Shown one piece after another: positions 59,449 through 64,000 of a DNA stretch of 64,000 nucleotides. The first letter of the stretch is position 1, and every line of letters begins with the position of its first letter. Source of the stretch: Eubacteriales bacterium. GTDB lineage: Bacteria > Bacillota > Clostridia > Oscillospirales > CAG-272. The translations under genes were made by a program, and so were the position numbers. The stretch spans positions 5,906-69,905 of the forward strand of contig JAZONX010000030.1 of NCBI GenBank assembly GCA_045654725.1, written 5' to 3'. The notes beneath the pieces were generated by a model, which saw only the letters and a list, made by a program, of their open reading frames with translations, was not told the DNA's origin and ran no database searches.

Positions 59449-60156
59449 CTAATCATCAAAAAATGGAACAATATCTCCAAAAGCATCTTTCATTTTTTCA
59501 AGAGCCTTTTTTTCAATTCTCGAAACGTATGATCTTGAAATTCCGAGGTGCTTTGCAACATCTCTTTGTGTTCTCGGTTGATAACCATTTAGTCCGTATC
59601 GCAAAACGATTATCTCTTTTTCTCGAGGGAGAAGAAGGCTGTCAACTAATTCTCGCATTTTTTCGATATGGACCTTCATATCAAGATCACTTTCTATCGT
59701 CTCCGGCGCGCTGATAATGTCCATGTATGTAAGCGGATTTCCGTCCTTATCAATATCAATTTGGTCATTGATTGAGATTTCGATTCCACGTCTTTTTCTA
59801 CTCCGGAAGAACATCAATATTTCATTTTGAACGCACTTAGCACCATAGGTTGCGAACCTTGTGCCAAATGAGGGCTTAAAAGAGTCAACTGCCTTAATCA
59901 AACCAAGGCTACCGATAGATAATAGCTCGTCGGGATATTCGTAGGACGAATAGTACTTTCTTATTATATGCGAAACAAGACGAAGATTGTGTTCAATGAG
60001 TTTATCTCTTGCATCTGATTCACCTTTGCTCATTCTTTCAAAGAGCTCGTTTTCTTCATCCTTGCTTAATGGAGGAGGAAAACTTTGGGTATCCTCTATT
60101 CCCAAAATAAGCGAAATAAATTTTAGTAAAAGACTTCCGATCTTAATAAAAAGCAC
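59449..60156 (-). CDS. sigK: sporulation sigma factor pro-sigma-K (uninterrupted)
   Basis: Hydrophobic pro-sequence then SFPPPLS; HNLRLVSHI; DKDGN; LGISRSYVSRIEKKAL. Confidence 0.88.
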   Translation of the reverse strand: MLFIKIGSLLLKFISLILGIEDTQSFPPPLSKDEENELFERMSKGESDARDKLIEHNLRLVSHIIRKYYSSYEYPDELLSIGSLGLIKAVDSFKPSFGTRFATYGAKCVQNEILMFFRSRKRRGIEISINDQIDIDKDGNPLTYMDIISAPETIESDLDMKVHIEKMRELVDSLLLPREKEIIVLRYGLNGYQPRTQRDVAKHLGISRSYVSRIEKKALEKMKDAFGDIVPFFDD

Positions 60157-60169
60157 CCCCGATTCTTTG

Positions 60170-60210
60170 TATACTATGTAAAGTATATGTCGAGAGTGCT
60201 CTTTTTATTT
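60170..60210 (-). promoter_or_regulatory. overlapping sigma-E and sigma-K promoter candidates for sigK
   Basis: AAATA-16nt-CATATACT and CACT-16nt-CATAGTATA. Confidence 0.55.
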
Positions 60211-60876
60211 ATTTTGATACAGATATTCGGGAGTGTAAACTATGTAACCCTCATTAGAGACAAATCCAATCATTTTTTTACCAATCGCCTTTTCGATTTT
60301 ATTGTTCATCATTGATATATGGGTTCTGATGCTTGACACTTCCGGAATTCGTCCGGGTTTGAAAGCATATTTAATAATATCCTTTGCCATCTGAGGTTGG
60401 GGATAGGTTACTGCAAGAAATCTGAGAATCATTGCTTCGGTTTTTGTTAGATTAACGTCGGTCGAAAAATATTTTACACCTACAAGATTACTCGAAGCGT
60501 CAAATCCGCCGATGTGATAGCTGCCGATTCCCGCCAGATGGTGCTCATTTAGATATTCTATCATTTTGCGTGCCAATGAAGGAGTCATAGACGGTTTAGT
60601 ATAAATCGCTTCAAATAGATATTCGTATTCAAATGCATAATCAGGTTCTGTAAGGGCAAAAATCGGAATATCGCATCTATAGGATTTCAGCCTGCTAATA
60701 TAATCCTTTAGATCAGGGAAGCTCTCAGGATGTAGGATTAGCACTGCGCGATAAATTCCTGATATTTCGCATAAAGCTTCAGAAGGAGTTGTGCCGTAGG
60801 AGAGTATACTCATATAATGAAAGGTATCTGATACGCTCCGAGATAGCTTCTTGCTTGGACTGATAATTAGTATCAT
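60205..60876 (-). CDS. OmpR-type winged-helix regulator with degenerate receiver-like N-terminus
   Basis: LTKTEAMILRFL, SIRTHISMMNNKI, GY; N-terminal region lacks the acidic pocket. Confidence 0.72.
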   Translation of the reverse strand: MILIISPSKKLSRSVSDTFHYMSILSYGTTPSEALCEISGIYRAVLILHPESFPDLKDYISRLKSYRCDIPIFALTEPDYAFEYEYLFEAIYTKPSMTPSLARKMIEYLNEHHLAGIGSYHIGGFDASSNLVGVKYFSTDVNLTKTEAMILRFLAVTYPQPQMAKDIIKYAFKPGRIPEVSSIRTHISMMNNKIEKAIGKKMIGFVSNEGYIVYTPEYLYQNK

Positions 60877-60899
60877 AGTTAATTCCTCCGACTTTTTTG

Positions 60900-60968
60900 A
60901 TTATACAATGAAAAGTTGTTTTTGTCAACCGCTTAATACTTGACATAATAACAAAAAAGTTGTATAAT
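60900..60968. promoter_or_regulatory. back-to-back consensus sigma-A promoters
   Basis: TTGACA-17-TATAAT on minus (60900-60928) and on plus (60940-60968). Confidence 0.8.
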
Positions 60969-60999
60969 CTATTTAACAAAAAAAATAAATGGGTGAATT

Positions 61000-61716
61000 A
61001 TGAAAACCGTATTGATCACAGGTGGCTCGCGTGGAATAGGTCGTGCTATTGTTGAGGAATTTAGCGCAAATGGATATTCCGTTGCTTTTACATATAAAAA
61101 CTCCGAAAACGAGGCAAAATCCTTGGCAGAACGCACAGGCGCTCTTGCAATTCGTGCTGATTCTGCAATTCAGGGAGATGTTCTCGCGGCTGTTTCTTTG
61201 GTAATTGAAAGATTTGGAAAAATTGATTGTCTTATCAACAATGCTGGTATATCCTCCTTCTCTTTGTTTACCGATCTCTCTCTTGAAGAGTGGAATAGAT
61301 TTATTGCTATAAATCTTACGGGCGCATTCCTTTATTCCAAGGCGATTATACCCGGTATGGTATCTGCTAAATCGGGAAGGATTATCAACATAGCGTCTAT
61401 GTGGGGGCTTGTAGGATCATCTTGCGAGGTTCATTATTCTACTGCGAAGGCCGGTCTGATTGGTATGACAAAGGCATTGGCAAAGGAACTCGGACTTTCG
61501 GGAATAACTGTTAATGCAATTGCTCCCGGACTTATTGCAACCGATATGAATAGCGCTCTTTCCGACGAGGATTTAAACGAGCTTATCGAATGCACCCCCG
61601 CAGGAAGAATAGGTCACCCCGAGGACGTTGCAAAGGCAGCGCTTTTCCTGGCTAGCGACGACGCTTCTTTCATTACCGGTGAAATTATGAATCTCAGCGG
61701 TGGGTATATAATGTAA
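61000..61716 (+). CDS. SDR reductase, FabG/YmfI (EF-P 5-aminopentanone reductase)-like
   Basis: TGGSRGIG, NNAG, SMWG..GSSCEVHYSTAK (YxxxK). Confidence 0.85.
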   Translation: MKTVLITGGSRGIGRAIVEEFSANGYSVAFTYKNSENEAKSLAERTGALAIRADSAIQGDVLAAVSLVIERFGKIDCLINNAGISSFSLFTDLSLEEWNRFIAINLTGAFLYSKAIIPGMVSAKSGRIINIASMWGLVGSSCEVHYSTAKAGLIGMTKALAKELGLSGITVNAIAPGLIATDMNSALSDEDLNELIECTPAGRIGHPEDVAKAALFLASDDASFITGEIMNLSGGYIM

Positions 61717-61735
61717 TTTATTTTTTAAAAATTAC

Positions 61736-61764
61736 TTGCTTTTTTAGATATATTGTGTTATAAT
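61736..61764 (+). promoter_or_regulatory. sigma-A promoter of SRP RNA
   Basis: TTGCTT-17nt-TATAAT with extended TG. Confidence 0.75.
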
Positions 61765-61805
61765 AACAAAGTCGTTGTATAACGACGTCTTCGGTGTGTT
61801 GGATG

Positions 61806-62079
61806 GAGCCATACCAGTCGGGGCAGTAGCGGCGCCTTGTACCTGAAATCCGCTATAGCAGGGATCAATTCCCGTCCCGAGGCTTGCTTTTGTGTAGTCT
61901 GCACCGTAGCTCTCTGTGTTGAAGAATGGGTCTTGCGCAACGTGAGGCTGTGAACCATGTCAGGTGGGGAACCAAGCAGCATTAAGCGGTTTATTGCGTG
62001 TGCCGCAAGGTCGCCTGTTTGGAGCAGAGAATGCGGTTACCGTATGTAAGAGTACTTTCGACGGACGGGTGTATGGCTC
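61806..62079 (+). ncRNA. ffs: large bacterial SRP RNA with Alu domain
   Basis: Alu GTAGCGG..CC.TGTACCTG.AATCCGCTATAGCAGG; helix 8 TCAGGT-GG-GGAA-CC-AAGCAGC; terminal pairing; upstream of dnaX; ends approximate. Confidence 0.93.
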
Positions 62080-62098
62080 TGTCCAACATATCGAACAT

Positions 62099-62147
62099 AG
62101 GCACGCTCGGCGGCGGAGTTTTTGCTGTCGCGTGCTTTTCTTTTTTG
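62099..62147 (+). terminator. terminator after SRP RNA
   Basis: AGGCACGC...GCGTGCTT stem followed by T-run. Confidence 0.65.
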
Positions 62148-62170
62148 AATTTGAAAGGAGGAGTTGTGTT

Positions 62171-63733
62171 ATGTCTGAATATAGAGCGTTATATAGAAAA
62201 TGGCGCCCCGTGGACTTTGATGACGTATGCGGTCAGGACGGTATCACCGATATTCTTAAATATGAGGTCGAAAACGGCAGACTTTCACACGCCTATTTGT
62301 TCTGCGGTTCTCGTGGAACGGGAAAAACCTCCTGTGCGAAAATTCTTGCAAAAGCGGTAAACTGTGAACATCCTAAAAACGGTAATCCGTGTAACGAATG
62401 CGAGTCTTGCCGCAGTATTGACGCCGGAATTGCCACCGACGTAATCGAAATGGATGCCGCAAGTAACAACGGCATTAATGACGTCCGCGATATGCAGGAT
62501 GAGATATCATTTACTCCTGCGCTTTTAAAGTACAGAGTGTACATCATTGACGAGGTTCATATGATGTCAGGACAGGCCTTTAACGCTTTGCTTAAGACTC
62601 TCGAAGAACCCCCCGCATATGTTGTATTCATACTTGCCACAACCGAGTATCACAAACTCCCCACAACAATTGTTTCGAGGTGCCAACGTTTTGATTTCAA
62701 GAGAATATCAACCGATGTAATTATATCTCGTTTGCTTGAAATATCTAAAAACGAGGGAATCGACATTACCGAGGATGCCGCAAGAATTATTGCCCGAGTT
62801 TCTCGTGGTGGAATGCGTGATGCTATCAGCTTGTTGGAGCTTTGCGCCGGCGCTAATTCCAAAATTGATGACGATCTCGTATTTTCGACGGTTGGAAGTG
62901 GTAACCGTGATAGCGCATTTAAGGTTATCGAAGCGGTAGGCAAGGGCCATTATGAAACTGTTTACTCCGTCATAAACGATATTGTGATGAAGAGCGGTGA
63001 TATTTCTGTATTTTGGCAGGAAATAATCGATGCATACCGCGATATTATGATAGTAAAAAACAGCGAACGAGCAAAGGTATATCTTGACCTTACCGACGCT
63101 GAATATTCAGCGCTTTCTTCTATTGCTTCTTCTTACAGTATGGCAAAGCTTTCTTACCATACACAGATGCTTGAAGATGCTATGGCAGATATGCAGCGAG
63201 CTATCAATTCCAAGCGCGCTATTGCCGAAATTGCTTTGACAAGAATGTGTGATAGCAGACTTTCTTCGACAAATGAATCGCTTTTAGTACGTATTGAAGA
63301 GCTTGAAAAGACTATTAAGATGATGAAGCTTGGGGTTCCTATGCAAAGTAATGAAAAGCGTGTTGAACCTCTAGAGGTTAAATCCCAGCCCGAAATTGAG
63401 GTTAAGAAAAACCTTGAGAAGAAGGTCGAGCTCCCTTTGAGTCTTTACGGTGAATGGGGAATCGCGCTGAAGAAAATTTCCGAGCTTAAAGTTTCTCTTT
63501 CTGTGGGATTTGCGGGCGCATCGGTTTATACAGATGGTCGCGGTAAGTTTGTAATTAGAATGACAAGATTCTTCTGTCAAAAACTTAAATCTAGCGAAAC
63601 CGATATTGCTATAGTAAAGGGTGTTCTTGCGGAAAATGAAGGAATCGCATCATCTGATATTACTCTTGTACTCGAGAATATCGAGGATGTGAAAAATAAC
63701 GGAACCACCGATATAGAAGATTTGTTTAAATAA
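62171..63733 (+). CDS. dnaX: DNA polymerase III subunit gamma/tau
   Basis: YRKWRP, GSRGTGKTS, Zn-binding cysteines, IIDEVHM, SRC; AAGGAGG RBS. Confidence 0.97.
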   Translation: MSEYRALYRKWRPVDFDDVCGQDGITDILKYEVENGRLSHAYLFCGSRGTGKTSCAKILAKAVNCEHPKNGNPCNECESCRSIDAGIATDVIEMDAASNNGINDVRDMQDEISFTPALLKYRVYIIDEVHMMSGQAFNALLKTLEEPPAYVVFILATTEYHKLPTTIVSRCQRFDFKRISTDVIISRLLEISKNEGIDITEDAARIIARVSRGGMRDAISLLELCAGANSKIDDDLVFSTVGSGNRDSAFKVIEAVGKGHYETVYSVINDIVMKSGDISVFWQEIIDAYRDIMIVKNSERAKVYLDLTDAEYSALSSIASSYSMAKLSYHTQMLEDAMADMQRAINSKRAIAEIALTRMCDSRLSSTNESLLVRIEELEKTIKMMKLGVPMQSNEKRVEPLEVKSQPEIEVKKNLEKKVELPLSLYGEWGIALKKISELKVSLSVGFAGASVYTDGRGKFVIRMTRFFCQKLKSSETDIAIVKGVLAENEGIASSDITLVLENIEDVKNNGTTDIEDLFK

Positions 63734-63754
63734 TAACTTTTGGAGGATATATAA

Positions 63755-64000
63755 ATGAAGGTAAGATTGCCACAGGGAATGGGCGGCGGCCCTTCCAATA
63801 TGCAGTCCATGCTTAAGCAGGCACAGAAGATGCAGGAGGAAATGGCTGAAAAGCAGGCTGAACTTGAAGAGCGCGAATATGAAGTTGCCGCAGGTGGCGG
63901 TGTAGTTAACGTTAAGATTAACGGAAAGAAGGAAATTCTTTCTGTAAAGATTGATCCCGAGGTTGTTGATCCTGATGATTGTGAAACACTTGAGGACCTT
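63755..64000 (+). CDS. ybaB: YbaB/EbfC nucleoid-associated protein (3'-truncated by window edge)
   Basis: GGAGG RBS; MLKQAQKMQ...[12 protein letters not shown]...[14 protein letters not shown]. Confidence 0.93.
   Translation, partial: MKVRLPQGMGGGPSNMQSMLKQAQKMQEEMAEKQAELEEREYEVAAGGGVVNVKINGKKEILSVKIDPEVVDPDDCETLEDL

Noticed and set aside
61964-62170. N-terminal extension of DnaX, and ORFs 61758-61982 and 61998-62360
   Set aside because: They overlap SRP RNA and its terminator; the RBS supports 62171.
1-64000. CRISPR arrays, prophage, IS elements, integrases, reverse transcriptases, defence islands
   Set aside because: No regularly spaced repeats or such protein motifs were found by eye; nearly all sequence is explained by housekeeping genes.

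Overview
Mostly core chromosome of a low-GC, spore-forming Clostridia-class (Bacillota) anaerobe, inferred from gene content. Main blocks: (1) AraC-dxs-miaB-ylbF/ricA-mutS-mutL-tgt-hydrolase, followed by an AT-rich four-gene membrane cassette (Fsr-like MFS, a 108-aa membrane protein with polar residues in its helices, and two paralogous micro-ORFs missing from the ORF track). (2) lon-engB-S2P-scpAB-ytfI-gerW-dacB-rluB on the minus strand. (3) ruvC-methyltransferase-ecfAAT-truA, class A PBP, MarR plus heterodimeric ABC exporter, gltX, an orphan histidine kinase, an ABC-2 pair and tRNA-Leu(TAG). (4) A 10-gene electron-bifurcating [FeFe]-hydrogenase operon with an embedded group D hydrogenase/DRTGG/PHP/kinase module. 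(5) rplS with L19 leader, FkbM-U32-uppP operon, ung, S1 protein, antitoxin-less mazF, ppa, intact pro-sigK, pseudo-receiver regulator, large SRP RNA, dnaX and ybaB (partial). No CRISPR array, prophage, integrase or transposase was seen. The best candidate for an undescribed system is the 12.1-13.8 kb MFS / membrane protein / micropeptide cassette. All product calls come from motif recognition by eye; no searches were run.
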